In this document: positions 18,529 through 27,530 of the stretch, piece after piece
Layout: each line of letters begins with the position of its first letter
Numbering within the stretch: position 1 is the stretch's first letter
Origin: Elusimicrobiota bacterium
GTDB lineage: Bacteria; Elusimicrobiota; Elusimicrobia; UBA1565
NCBI GenBank assembly: GCA_043819795.1
Contig: JBDREN010000120.1
Span: 25,681-89,680, forward strand
Direction: 5' to 3'
Length of the DNA stretch: 64,000 nt
Notes under the pieces: generated by a model
Database searches by the model: none
Seen by the model: the letters and a program-made list of their open reading frames with translations, nothing else
What the model was told of the DNA's origin: nothing
Position numbers and translations under genes: made by a program

Positions 18529-20754
18529 TCACGGCCGCTTGCGCCGCTGGAAGTCGAGCACGACCCGGGCCGGATTCTCGGGGAAGGCGGCGGGGTCCTC
18601 GTTCGGGCTATCGAGGACCTCGTAGACCGTGAGCCAGCGGGGGTTCTCCCCGCCGTCTTCCCGATCCTCGAAGAGCTTCTTGAGGCGGCGGCGCCAGAAC
18701 TCCCCGAAGACCTCCCCGCGGATGAGGTCCTTGGGCATCACGGCCTCGGCGTCGGCGCGGTAGAGCATCTGCCGCGCGCTCAGGAAGACGTGCGTGACGC
18801 CCAGACCCCTGACCGCGGCGTGGAGCTCATCGGCGCTCCTTGCCGCGCGCACGGCGACCCAGAACGGGTTATGGTCGAAGACGGTCGCAGCGATGAAATC
18901 CCGCTCGCAGTAGTAGGCCCGCGACTCGCCCAGGAAGAGCACCTTCGCGTCCAGGGGCAGGCTCTCGTTGACGAACTCCATGGCCGCGTAGTACGGCAGC
19001 CCGTAGGTTACGTGCTGGCGCTTCAGGTATTCGGCGCGCTCCAGGCGCCCGCGCAACACGTCCCATTGCCCGATCATCTCCCCCTGCCGCAGGACGACCT
19101 GAAGGTCGAACAGGCAGGCCATGATGGCGAGCGTCCATCCGGCGCGGCGCAGCCAGCCGGGGAAAGCCCCCCGCTGCACGGCCAGGGCCACCACGCCGGC
19201 CAGAAGCGGCAGAACGGGCAGCACGAAGCGGACCAGCCGGCTGGCCAGGCACCAGGACAAGTAGCCCGCCGCGGCGAGCACGGCCACGGCCGTCCATGCG
19301 GCGGTGTGCGGGCGTCCGGGCGCCGGGGTCCACTTGAGGAAGAACGCCCAGGGGATGAGCAGGAGAAACGCGGGACCCGCCCAATCGCCGGCGGGCCAGT
19401 CCCCCACCGAGTAGGTCCAGGGATGCGTGAGGAAGGCCTTCCACCCGTCGGCCGAACCGAACGTGGCCGCGAGGTCCCGGGAGCCGGCCGCTTCCATGAA
19501 CGCGCTCCAGTGCGCCGGGGCGGCCCAGCCCAAGGCCTGATGGAAGAACGGGTAGACCGGGTTCCCGTAGAACACTAGGTTCTTGACGAGCCAAGGGGCG
19601 AAGGCCAAGGCCGCGGCCGCCGCCATCCAGAAGGTCTCGCGCGCGGGACGGCCCGCTCTCCGTCCCAGCCAAAAACGGACCAGGACGAAGGCGGCGCCCA
19701 CCGGCAGGACGTTGTACTTCACTCCCATCGCGAAGCCGGCGAGAAGGCCCGCGGCGAGGGGCCAGGCCAGCGGCCTTTCCACCTGCCTGCCCGCCAGCCC
19801 TTGCGGCAGGGCGACGAGAGCGAGCGCGATGTAGAAGCTGGCGCCCAAGTCCACCCCGCAGTGCCAGGACGCGTAGAGCGCGACGGGGCACAGGTAGAAG
19901 ACCAGCGCCGCGAGCAGGCCGGCCGCGTCCGAGGCGTGCCTGCGCATCCATGCCCACAGCGCCGCGGCCGCCCCCAGCCCGAAGGAGCAATGCAGGAGCG
20001 CGGCCAGCCCCTCGCCGGAGAGGGCCAGAGCCAGGCCGTAGAGGGACTGCAGCCCGAGCGGCGTCCCGGAGAAAACATTCCCGGGCGTCGCCATGATCTC
20101 CCCGCGCAGCAGAAAGAGCTTGGGAAGCGCCAGGTGATAGACCAGCGAGTCGTAGAAGATCTCGGGCGCGGCCGTGGTCACCACGTTCAGAAGAGCCGCG
20201 ACGGCGATCAGGACGACGGCCGCGTTCTCCCATAGGCCGCGGCGGGCTACTTGCGGGAGCGCGACGTCGGTCTCCTCGGCGGGCGCGGAGCCGCCCGCCT
20301 TCCGGCGGCGCCGCCAGCGCCGAATGGCGGACGCGGCCAAGACGGCGAGCCCTCCGAAGAAAAGCCCGCGAAGCAGCTCCGGACTCCAGAGCCCGGCCAT
20401 ACCCAGGCCCAGCAGGATCAAGGAGACGGTCCCGGCGCCGAGCCCCGCCGAGAGCAGGCGGCGCTCCGCTCGGGTCATGCCGGCGAGACCGATCCAGCGT
20501 GCGAGGACCCCTCCCACGCCCCCGAACAGAAGCCACATCGCGGCGACCCAAAGCAGGTCCCGGCCCAGGCCCGCGTGCAGGATGCGCGGAAGGTCCGACA
20601 GCAGCCCCAGGAAGCTCCGCCAGTCGGACGGCACGAACGTCACGCCCTGGCGCCTGAACGCCACCGCGGCCCACACCGTCCAGACGCACAAGACGGTGGA
20701 TGCCGCGAGCGCGGGGACCGAGAGCGGGAGGGAGCTGGCCGGCCGGCGCTTCAA
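18529..20754 (-). CDS. Polytopic GT-C-fold (ArnT/PMT-like) membrane glycosyltransferase
   Basis: Many TM segments; P.IFYDSLVYHL.LPK, G.AMGVKY, PWLVKN...GNPVYPF, RF.LP..P motifs. Confidence 0.7.
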   Translation of the reverse strand: MKRRPASSLPLSVPALAASTVLCVWTVWAAVAFRRQGVTFVPSDWRSFLGLLSDLPRILHAGLGRDLLWVAAMWLLFGGVGGVLARWIGLAGMTRAERRLLSAGLGAGTVSLILLGLGMAGLWSPELLRGLFFGGLAVLAASAIRRWRRRRKAGGSAPAEETDVALPQVARRGLWENAAVVLIAVAALLNVVTTAAPEIFYDSLVYHLALPKLFLLRGEIMATPGNVFSGTPLGLQSLYGLALALSGEGLAALLHCSFGLGAAAALWAWMRRHASDAAGLLAALVFYLCPVALYASWHCGVDLGASFYIALALVALPQGLAGRQVERPLAWPLAAGLLAGFAMGVKYNVLPVGAAFVLVRFWLGRRAGRPARETFWMAAAAALAFAPWLVKNLVFYGNPVYPFFHQALGWAAPAHWSAFMEAAGSRDLAATFGSADGWKAFLTHPWTYSVGDWPAGDWAGPAFLLLIPWAFFLKWTPAPGRPHTAAWTAVAVLAAAGYLSWCLASRLVRFVLPVLPLLAGVVALAVQRGAFPGWLRRAGWTLAIMACLFDLQVVLRQGEMIGQWDVLRGRLERAEYLKRQHVTYGLPYYAAMEFVNESLPLDAKVLFLGESRAYYCERDFIAATVFDHNPFWVAVRAARSADELHAAVRGLGVTHVFLSARQMLYRADAEAVMPKDLIRGEVFGEFWRRRLKKLFEDREDGGENPRWLTVYEVLDSPNEDPAAFPENPARVVLDFQRRKRP
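18535..18574 (+). repeat. 40-bp direct repeat, copy 2 (within the 3' end of the GT-C gene)
   Basis: Identical to 14239-14278. Confidence 0.9.
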
Positions 20755-22028
20755 AGGTTCTTGAAGGCCCGTGCCGCCGCCTCGAGCGTGCGCTCGAGGT
20801 CGAGGTTCGTGTGCTTGACGCTGAGCATGGCGGCCTCGAACTGGGACGGCGGGAAGTAGACGCCGCGCTTGAGCAGGGCGTGGAAGAACCGGGCGTAGGC
20901 GCGCGCGTCGGCCGTCTTGGCGGAGGCGAAGTCGCGCACCGGCTGCTCGGTGAAGAACACCGTGAACATCGAGGCCACGTGGTTAACCTGGACCGGCACG
21001 CTCGCGAAGCGCGCTAGGCCGCGCAGCTCGGTGACCAGGACCGCCGTCCTCTCGGCCAGGTCCGCGTAGGTATTCTTCCGCTTGAGGACCTTCAGCGTCG
21101 CCAGCCCCGCCGCCATGGCCACGGGGTTGCCCGAGAGGGTCCCGGCCTGGTAGACGGGCCCGAGCGGAGCGACGGTCTCCATGATCCGCCTTGTTCCGCC
21201 GTAAGCTCCGACCGGGAAGCCGCCGCCGATGATCTTGCCCAGGCAGGTGAGGTCGGGGCGGATTCCCATCGTGGTCTGGGCCCCGCCGTAGAACATCCGG
21301 AAGCCGGTGATGACCTCGTCGAAGACGAGGAGGCTGCCGCTCTTGCGGGTGACCTCGCGCAGCGTCTCGAGGAAGCCCTCCCGCGGCGGCACCACGCCCA
21401 TGTTCGCCGCGACCGGCTCCACCACGGCCGCCGCGATCCGGCGGCCATAGCGCCGGAACGCGCGCTCCACGGCCTCGACGTCGTTGTAGGGAAGGATCAG
21501 CGTCGTCTTCGCCCAGGACGCGGGCACCCCCGCCGAGTCCGGACGCCCGAGAGTCGCGGCGCCCGAGCCCGCGGCCACGAGCAGGCAGTCGGCATGGCCG
21601 TGGTAGCCCCCGGCGAACTTCACGATGAGGTCCCGTCCCGTGAAAGCCCGCGCCACGCGCAGCGCGCTCATCACGGCCTCGGTGCCCGAGCTCGTGAAGC
21701 GCACCCGCTCCATCGACGGAAGGGCTTCGCGCACGGCCTCGCCCAGGCGCAGCTCCGACTCGGTCGGGGCCCCGAAGCTCGAGCCCTTCTTGAGCGCCGC
21801 GGCGGCCGCGGACGTCACCTCCGGATGGGCGTGACCCAAAATCAACGGCCCCCAGGAAAGGCAGTAATCGATGTAGGTCCTGCCGTCGGCGTCCGTGATG
21901 CGCGCGCCCTTGCCCGAGCGGATGAACAGGGGGGTCCCGCCCACGGCCCGGAAGGCCCGCACCGGCGAGTTAACGCCTCCGACGAGGACCTTCTGCGAGT
22001 CGCGGAAGAGGGACTTCGAGCGCCTCAT
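20751..22028 (-). CDS. hemL: Glutamate-1-semialdehyde 2,1-aminomutase
   Basis: GGVNSPVRAF, SWGPLILGHA, SGTEA.MSA.R.AR, FDEVITGFR, GKIIGGGFPVGA, YQAGTLSGNP, PSQFEA. Confidence 0.98.
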   Translation of the reverse strand: MRRSKSLFRDSQKVLVGGVNSPVRAFRAVGGTPLFIRSGKGARITDADGRTYIDYCLSWGPLILGHAHPEVTSAAAAALKKGSSFGAPTESELRLGEAVREALPSMERVRFTSSGTEAVMSALRVARAFTGRDLIVKFAGGYHGHADCLLVAAGSGAATLGRPDSAGVPASWAKTTLILPYNDVEAVERAFRRYGRRIAAAVVEPVAANMGVVPPREGFLETLREVTRKSGSLLVFDEVITGFRMFYGGAQTTMGIRPDLTCLGKIIGGGFPVGAYGGTRRIMETVAPLGPVYQAGTLSGNPVAMAAGLATLKVLKRKNTYADLAERTAVLVTELRGLARFASVPVQVNHVASMFTVFFTEQPVRDFASAKTADARAYARFFHALLKRGVYFPPSQFEAAMLSVKHTNLDLERTLEAAARAFKNL

Positions 22029-22077
22029 GCTCCCTCCCGGCAAAGGCCCCGGAAACAGCCGGTTATAGCCGAAATGA

Positions 22078-23064
22078 TCATTCCCCGAGCCAGCGGGCCG
22101 CGTCCAGCGCGTGGTAGGTGATGATGAAGTCGGCCCCGGCGCGCTTGATGGCCGTGAGCGCCTCGAGCGCCGTCTTGCGCTCGTTCATCCAGCCCCGCTC
22201 CGCGGCGGCCCGGATCATCGAGAACTCGCCCGAGACGCTGTAGGCGGCCGTCGGAAGACCGAAGCGCTCGCGCACGGCCGCGAGCACGTCCAGATATGCC
22301 AAAGCGGGCTTGACCATGACCATGTCGGCGCCCTCTTCCACGTCGAGCGCCACCTCGCGCAAGGCCTCGCGCACGTTGGCCGGATCCATCTGGTAAGTGG
22401 AGCGGTCGCCGAACTGGGGAGGGGACTCGGCCGCGTCGCGAAACGGGCCGTAGAACGCGCTGGAATACTTCGCCGAGTAGGCGAGGATCGCCGTGTCGCG
22501 CAGGCCCGCGCCGTCGAGGGCGCCGCGGATCGTCGCGACCTGGCCGTCGATCATGCCGCTCGGGGCCACCACGTCGGCGCCGGCCTTGGCCTGGCTCACG
22601 GCCGTCTTGGCGACGAGGTCGAGCGTGGCGTCGTTGTCGAGGATGAAGCCGCCGCCCGCCCGCCGCACGACCCCGCAGTGGCCGTGGTCGGTGTACTCGC
22701 AGAAACAGAGGTCGGCGACGGCGACCAGGTCCGGGGCCGCTTCCTTGACGGCTCGCAGAGCCTCCTGGACGATCCCCTTGGGCGCGTAGGCCCCCGAGGC
22801 GTGCTCGTCTTTGCGATCCGGGATACCGAAGAGGATGACGGCCGGCACACCGAGGCCCTCCACCTCGGGGACGACCTTGGCCAGCTCGTCCACGGAGTAT
22901 TGGAAATGCCCCGGCATGGAGGAGATCGGCTTCTTCACCCCTTTCCCGGGACGGACGAAGAAGGGCATCACGAAGTCGGCCGGGGTGAGGACCGTCTCGC
23001 GCACCAAGGCGCGCATCCCGGGCGTGACGCGAAGACGGCGCGGGCGGTGGGTGGGGAATGGCAT
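22078..23064 (-). CDS. hemB: Porphobilinogen synthase (Zn-binding type)
   Basis: RPRRLR, DLCFCEYTDHGHCG, YSAKYSSAFYGPFRDAA, GDRSTYQMDP.N, MVKPALAYLD. Confidence 0.98.
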   Translation of the reverse strand: MPFPTHRPRRLRVTPGMRALVRETVLTPADFVMPFFVRPGKGVKKPISSMPGHFQYSVDELAKVVPEVEGLGVPAVILFGIPDRKDEHASGAYAPKGIVQEALRAVKEAAPDLVAVADLCFCEYTDHGHCGVVRRAGGGFILDNDATLDLVAKTAVSQAKAGADVVAPSGMIDGQVATIRGALDGAGLRDTAILAYSAKYSSAFYGPFRDAAESPPQFGDRSTYQMDPANVREALREVALDVEEGADMVMVKPALAYLDVLAAVRERFGLPTAAYSVSGEFSMIRAAAERGWMNERKTALEALTAIKRAGADFIITYHALDAARWLGE

Positions 23065-23144
23065 GGGCCCATTCTACAAAAATGCCGGGCTCAACGGCCT
23101 CTATCCGACTCGCGCGGGCCATCAGGCCCCGAGACGCAGTCGAG

Positions 23145-23263
23145 GTGCGACGTATTGGACGGCGGCATGGTCCGCCGACCTTAGTGGGGGTGACCCGCAA
23201 GGCCCACTCAGGCGATGTGGGTCTTGCGGGCCCGAGGGGGCGGCAGCCCCCAGGGGGAGCACC
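23145..23263. repeat. Structured intergenic repeat, family B, copy 1
   Basis: ~119 bp, same orientation as 25506-25624. Core CCTTAGTGGGGGTGACCCGCAAGGCCCACTC.GGCGA.GTGGGTCTTGCGGGCCCGAGGGGGCG. Confidence 0.8.
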
Positions 23264-23337
23264 CGCGCGAGCACGAAACCTCTCTCGCGCGGGCCATCAG
23301 GCCCCGAGCGTCAGCGAGGGGTGCGACAGAGAGACCC

Positions 23338-23380
23338 TTGACGCTCTAACATAGTCCCACTATCCTTGCTAATAGGATAG
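23338..23380 (+). promoter_or_regulatory. Putative sigma70 promoter with overlapping inverted repeat
   Basis: TTGACG-17 nt-TATCCT. Palindrome CTATCCT-N7-AGGATAG (23360-23380) covers the -10. Confidence 0.5.
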
Positions 23381-23427
23381 CCCGATCGGCCGCCCGGAGA
23401 ATACCCCTCCGGTCTCCGAGCCGACGC

Positions 23428-24426
23428 GTGAACATGACCGGCCCATCAGGCGGCCCCCCGGGGGGCCTTGGCGACGGATCCTGGGTAGACCTCATGCAGG
23501 TCTGCCGGAACGGCCATAAGATCACCGCCTTCGGGAAGAGCAAGCCCAAGCAACTGGCCGATGCATGCGTCGTCTGCGGCCAGCCCACTTTGACGGCCTG
23601 CGGGAAGTGCGGCGCCTGGATCCCGGGATACCACCATATGCCGGGCAAGCCCGAGAACGACAAGACCCGCCCCCCGGACTTCTGCTCCGCATGCGGCGCG
23701 CGCTTCCCCTGGCAGGGCGTCCGGTGGGTGGCCAAGCTCCCCCCTAGGCCGGAGGACGTCCCCCTGGTCCCGCCGCAATTCAGGGAACGGCTCGCCAAGA
23801 CCGCGTCGCGTCTGCGGGGGCTCATGCCCCGGCCGGCCTACCTCGTCATGGGGCTCCTGCTGGCCTCGACCTGCGCGGCGGCGAGCATCGGCGCGCACGG
23901 CTATCTCGAGCGCCCGGCCGTCAAGCTGGACGTCTCCATGCCGGCCTACGGCAAGCTCATGCGGGGCGTCCACCAGGTGTATATGGTCGTCGGGATGCGC
24001 AACAGCGGCGGAAGCCCGGCCCTGGACCACAAGGTCTATCACGCCTTCCTGAGGCCGCGGGGAGACATCGAGGATTTCCAGTGGAGCCTCGCCGACAGCC
24101 TGGAGCCCGGCCAAGCCGGCAGCCTGCTTCTCCGCAACAAGATCGCGACCGAGGACGTGGCCTCCTCCCTGAAGGCTTTGGGCCGCCAGGAGCTCCTGAT
24201 CGTCTCCCAGTTCAAATGCAAATGGCCGATCCTCGGCGCGGCGACCTTCCACCACGTGCTGCGGCTCGGCATGTCCTACCCGCTCGAAGAGACCCCGATC
24301 GAGACGCTGGGCAGCGCGCGTTTTACGACATGGTTCCGGAGCGACGAAGACGCCGCGAGGAAAGCGATCGAGTCCATGGTTGATGCCGAGAGCGCGCCCA
24401 CGCGCGACCCCGGGACGGAAGGATAG
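23428..24426 (+). CDS. DUF2321-like Zn-binding N-terminal domain fused to a TM segment and an unknown C-terminal domain
   Basis: QVCRNGH, C..CG, C.KC...IPG, P.FC..CG..FPW, followed by hydrophobic YLVMGLLLASTCAAASIG. Confidence 0.65.
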   Translation: MNMTGPSGGPPGGLGDGSWVDLMQVCRNGHKITAFGKSKPKQLADACVVCGQPTLTACGKCGAWIPGYHHMPGKPENDKTRPPDFCSACGARFPWQGVRWVAKLPPRPEDVPLVPPQFRERLAKTASRLRGLMPRPAYLVMGLLLASTCAAASIGAHGYLERPAVKLDVSMPAYGKLMRGVHQVYMVVGMRNSGGSPALDHKVYHAFLRPRGDIEDFQWSLADSLEPGQAGSLLLRNKIATEDVASSLKALGRQELLIVSQFKCKWPILGAATFHHVLRLGMSYPLEETPIETLGSARFTTWFRSDEDAARKAIESMVDAESAPTRDPGTEG

Positions 24427-24654
24427 CCCGGGATCCGCCCTCCGCGAAGAGCCGAGCCCTCTCCGGCAGGATACGTCCGGCGGCGCCGGCGCGCGCCAAG
24501 CCGGATTTTGTCGCCGATAGCCTACTTTGCTATCATTGTGCCGCACGCACGCTGCGGCCGTGGGTCCTGTCCATCCTCACCGGACTGAAAAGATGGCCGC
24601 TCAGGCATTCGGCAGCAAACACGTCCATTGTTGGCTGTCGACGGGAGGAAAGCG

Positions 24655-25062
24655 ATGGCGCGATATCGTAAACGGCGGCGGATCGTCGGCGCAAGCAAAA
24701 ACGAGAAGAAGGTTCAGCGCAGGCGTGTCGCGGGATTCGAGCCCGCCAACGCGTCTCTCCTGCGGGAGATCCACCCCTCCGTCACCCGTCTGACGATCCA
24801 GTTGCGCTTCATCAGCCCGGAACAACAGCTGGTGGGGGAGGAGACCCGGACGTTCTCCCCCCAGGATCCGTGCAACTTCGCCTCCGCGTGCCCCGGCTCG
24901 TGCGGTACCGGCGCCTTCGACGTCGAGGCCAAGATCGGGGAGATGGTGGAGACCAACGAGACCCATGCGGAGAGCACCGGACGGTGCGAGCGGGAGCGCT
25001 TCGGGGGCATCCCGCAGCCTTGCGGCTACGAGCTTCACTGCGAGATCGATATCGCCTACTAG
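24655..25062 (+). CDS. Small Cys-rich hypothetical protein
   Basis: RBS GGAGG before ATG; basic N-terminus; CPGSCG...C...CG..L.C. Confidence 0.7.
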   Translation: MARYRKRRRIVGASKNEKKVQRRRVAGFEPANASLLREIHPSVTRLTIQLRFISPEQQLVGEETRTFSPQDPCNFASACPGSCGTGAFDVEAKIGEMVETNETHAESTGRCERERFGGIPQPCGYELHCEIDIAY

Positions 25063-25090
25063 ATAGCCCGGGACATCCGGCAGGTGATCG

Positions 25091-25123
25091 GAAGGGCCCG
25101 CGACCCAAGGTCGCGGGCCCTTC
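25091..25123. terminator. Hairpin terminator between convergent genes
   Basis: GAAGGGCCCGCGACC-CAA-GGTCGCGGGCCCTTC. Confidence 0.7.
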
Positions 25124-25143
25124 GGTTTCGACGACGCGGCCGC

Positions 25144-25347
25144 CTATCCTAAAGGCTTGACGTTCCCCGCGCGCGGCCCCTTCGGAGAATCCTCCACGTC
25201 GAACTCGACCTCCTGGTTCTCGCGGAGACTCTTGAATCCATCGGCCATGATCGAGCTGTGGTGCACAAAGAGATCCTTCGAGCCGTCCTCAGGCGTGATG
25301 AATCCAAAGCCCTTCTGATCGTTGAACCACTTCACCGTACCTTTCAT
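25144..25347 (-). CDS. cspA: Cold-shock domain protein
   Basis: [17 protein letters not shown]...DLFVHHS (RNP1/RNP2), 67 aa. Confidence 0.95.
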   Translation of the reverse strand: MKGTVKWFNDQKGFGFITPEDGSKDLFVHHSSIMADGFKSLRENQEVEFDVEDSPKGPRAGNVKPLG

Positions 25348-25505
25348 GAATCGCCTCTCCGTACCTGCCGTAAGTTTCGGTTTTGAAGCCGCGACCGAGC
25401 CGATGTCGCAAGATTCAAGCTTACGCCGTCCATCATACCAAGAATTCGCCTCAAGGAACAGAATTTCTTCTCCCACATGTCAGCGCCGGTTGCGCGAAGC
25501 GCGGA

Positions 25506-25624
25506 GTGCGACATATTAGTGCGCCGCATGGGCGGCGCGCCTTAGTGGGGGTGACCCGCAAGGCCCACTCTGGCGACGTGGGTCTTGCGGGCCCGAGGGG
25601 GCGCAAGCCCCCAGGGCGAGCACC
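25506..25624. repeat. Structured intergenic repeat, family B, copy 2
   Basis: Matches 23145-23263. Confidence 0.8.
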
Positions 25625-25688
25625 GAGCGGAGGACTTTTCCTCTCGGAGCGAGGCTTCAGTCCTGAGCGCAGCGAAGGATGCGAAAAA

Positions 25689-26054
25689 GGGGCGGCCTGT
25701 ACCCCGAATTCTGTCCCCCATCCCGAAAGACGGGGGGAGGATCATTTCTCTGATGCAGCTACCGGGCGGTTCCCATCTATCGATGGGGCGCGGACAACGC
25801 GTCCCGCCCTATGCCTTGCTCCCGGTGGGGTTTACCTAGCCCCCGGGGTCGCCCCCGGAGCGGTGAGCTCTTACCTCGCCTTTTCACCCTTACCCTCGGC
25901 CCGAAGGCCGAAGGCGGTGTGTTTTCTGTGGCACTTTCCATGGCGGCGGGCTTTGGCCCGCCGCCTCCCGCCTTTCAACGGGCACCGCGTCCTGCGGAGT
26001 TCGGAAGTTCCTCCCCCCCGCCCGGAAGGCGGGAAGGCGACCCTCCGGCCGCCC
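25689..26054 (-). ncRNA. rnpB: RNase P RNA, bacterial class A
   Basis: Minus strand: P1 GGGCGGCC/GGCCGCCC, GAGGAACUUCCGAACUCC, GGAAAGUGCCACAGAAA, GGGUGAAA..GGUAAGAGC, GGUAAACCCC..GAGCAAG, AGAAAUGAU, ACAGAAUUCGGGGUAC. Follows the zinc-ribbon and RNase H genes. Confidence 0.93.
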
Positions 26055-26060
26055 AAAATC

Positions 26061-26549
26061 TTACTTCAGGAGCTCGCGCGAGACCTCGAAGCGGCGGATG
26101 ACATCGGGAGCCGCTCCGTCAAGCTTGCCCGGGCGGAATACCGGGCTTTTTTTTACGGCGTCGAGGGCGTCGTTGGCGAGACGATCGGCCCGCTTGTTCT
26201 GCTCGCGCGAGATGTGGACGACCTCCACGGTCTTGAACTGCTTGCGGAGGTTCCGGATCTGAAGCATGTACTTGAAAAGGCGCTCGTTCTTGACCCGGTA
26301 CTCGCCGCTCAGCTGCCGCACGAGCAGCTGGGAATCGGAATGCACCGTGATCTCGTCGGCCTTCATCTCGCCGGCGAGGCGCAAGGCGTCGAGCATCGCC
26401 GTGTACTCCGCGACGTTGTTCGTCGTCTCGCCGATATAGCGGTGGTACTCCTTGACGGGACGGCCGGAGGCGTCCTGCAGCACGACCCCCACGGAGGCCG
26501 GCCCCGGGTTGCCCCGGCTGGCGCCGTCGATGTAGATGCTCAGCTTCAT
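26061..26549 (-). CDS. rnhA: Ribonuclease HI (RNase_HI-like type)
   Basis: IDGASRGNPGPA, TNNVAEY, DSQL.V.Q..G.Y.VK, H..RE.N.RAD.LAN. ATG at 26549 overlaps the upstream stop (ATGA). Confidence 0.92.
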   Translation of the reverse strand: MKLSIYIDGASRGNPGPASVGVVLQDASGRPVKEYHRYIGETTNNVAEYTAMLDALRLAGEMKADEITVHSDSQLLVRQLSGEYRVKNERLFKYMLQIRNLRKQFKTVEVVHISREQNKRADRLANDALDAVKKSPVFRPGKLDGAAPDVIRRFEVSRELLK

Positions 26550-27286
26550 GTCCCGGTCTTTTCCGCCGCCCTCGGCTCGATCTCGTAGAGGATGCGCTGG
26601 CAACTGTCGCAGACCGATATCAACTTCCCCTTCTTCGCATGGATCAGGACCTGCACGGGCAGCGTCATGTGGCATTCGCTGCAGGTCTCGCCTTTTACGC
26701 GGGCCAACGCGATGCCGTCGCGGCGCTCGCGCGTGGCGTCGTAGAGCTCCACGATGTCCTCGCGGATCCCGCCGACGTACTCCTTCCGCTTGGCCTCGGC
26801 TCCGGGGACCTGCTTCTCGAGGTCGGACCTGCGATCTTCGAGGGTCTTGATCCACGCGTTGCGCTCGCCCTCGAACGCCTTGAGGCTCTCCTTGACCGCC
26901 TTCTCTTCCGTCAAGACCGCGTCCGCGTCGTCCATCAGCGTCAGGATCGCGGTCTCGAAGTCGCTGACGGCGGCCTTCTCGCCGTCGATCTCCTTGAGCA
27001 GAGCCTTGAAAGCCTCGTTGGTCTTGATCTGGTTGAGCTCCGTCTGATGCTTCTTGATCGCCTCCTCCTTCTCGGCCATCGCGAGCTCTTTCTCCTTCTT
27101 GTCGGCCTGTAACCGCTTGGTCTTCTCGTGGATCTCGTGGAGGCGGGTATTCTCCTGCTCGATCTCGGCGCGCAGGGCCGCGATCTCGCCGGGCACCGAG
27201 GCTATAGATTTTCTGAGGGAGTCCAGGAGATTGTCCTGTTCCTGCAAGAGCAGCAGCTTCTCTAGATCTTCTTTGCTGATCGCCAT
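26546..27286 (-). CDS. Coiled-coil protein with C4-type zinc ribbon (DUF164/CdsZ-like)
   Basis: L..LQ..D N-terminus, long coiled coil, C..CH...P...C..C.RILY. Confidence 0.88.
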   Translation of the reverse strand: MAISKEDLEKLLLLQEQDNLLDSLRKSIASVPGEIAALRAEIEQENTRLHEIHEKTKRLQADKKEKELAMAEKEEAIKKHQTELNQIKTNEAFKALLKEIDGEKAAVSDFETAILTLMDDADAVLTEEKAVKESLKAFEGERNAWIKTLEDRRSDLEKQVPGAEAKRKEYVGGIREDIVELYDATRERRDGIALARVKGETCSECHMTLPVQVLIHAKKGKLISVCDSCQRILYEIEPRAAEKTGT

Positions 27287-27530
27287 AGGAGGAAAGCCAT
27301 TTAGATTATACAAAAAACCCCGCCGAGGCGGCTGCGCCATGCGCATGGATCGCGTTCGGAGGCCAATCGTCCGATCACGGCGGTCACGGCCGGGTCGTCA
27401 TCCGCTGCTAAGGGTCCGGGATACGAGACCTCCTACGATAAGCAGGAACGGGCGGGGCCTGGGACGGGTAGGCGCAGCGACGGCGTAGGCGCGGGCGGAT
27501 GGGAGCGGCGACGCGGAAGGCCCTTCCCGC

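Noticed and set aside
20751..23064. hemB/hemL as part of the B12-dependent RiPP cluster
   Set aside because: They are about 18 kb away with unrelated genes between and are ordinary tetrapyrrole housekeeping genes.
25383..26588. 401-aa plus-strand ORF
   Set aside because: It is antisense to rnpB and RNase HI and crosses a repeat.
26550..26855. N-terminal extension of RNase HI in the ORF track
   Set aside because: It overlaps the zinc-ribbon gene out of frame; the ATGA-coupled start at 26549 fits better.
27398..27530. tmRNA tag-like AYAVAA on the minus strand
   Set aside because: No stop codon follows and no tRNA-like ends are present.
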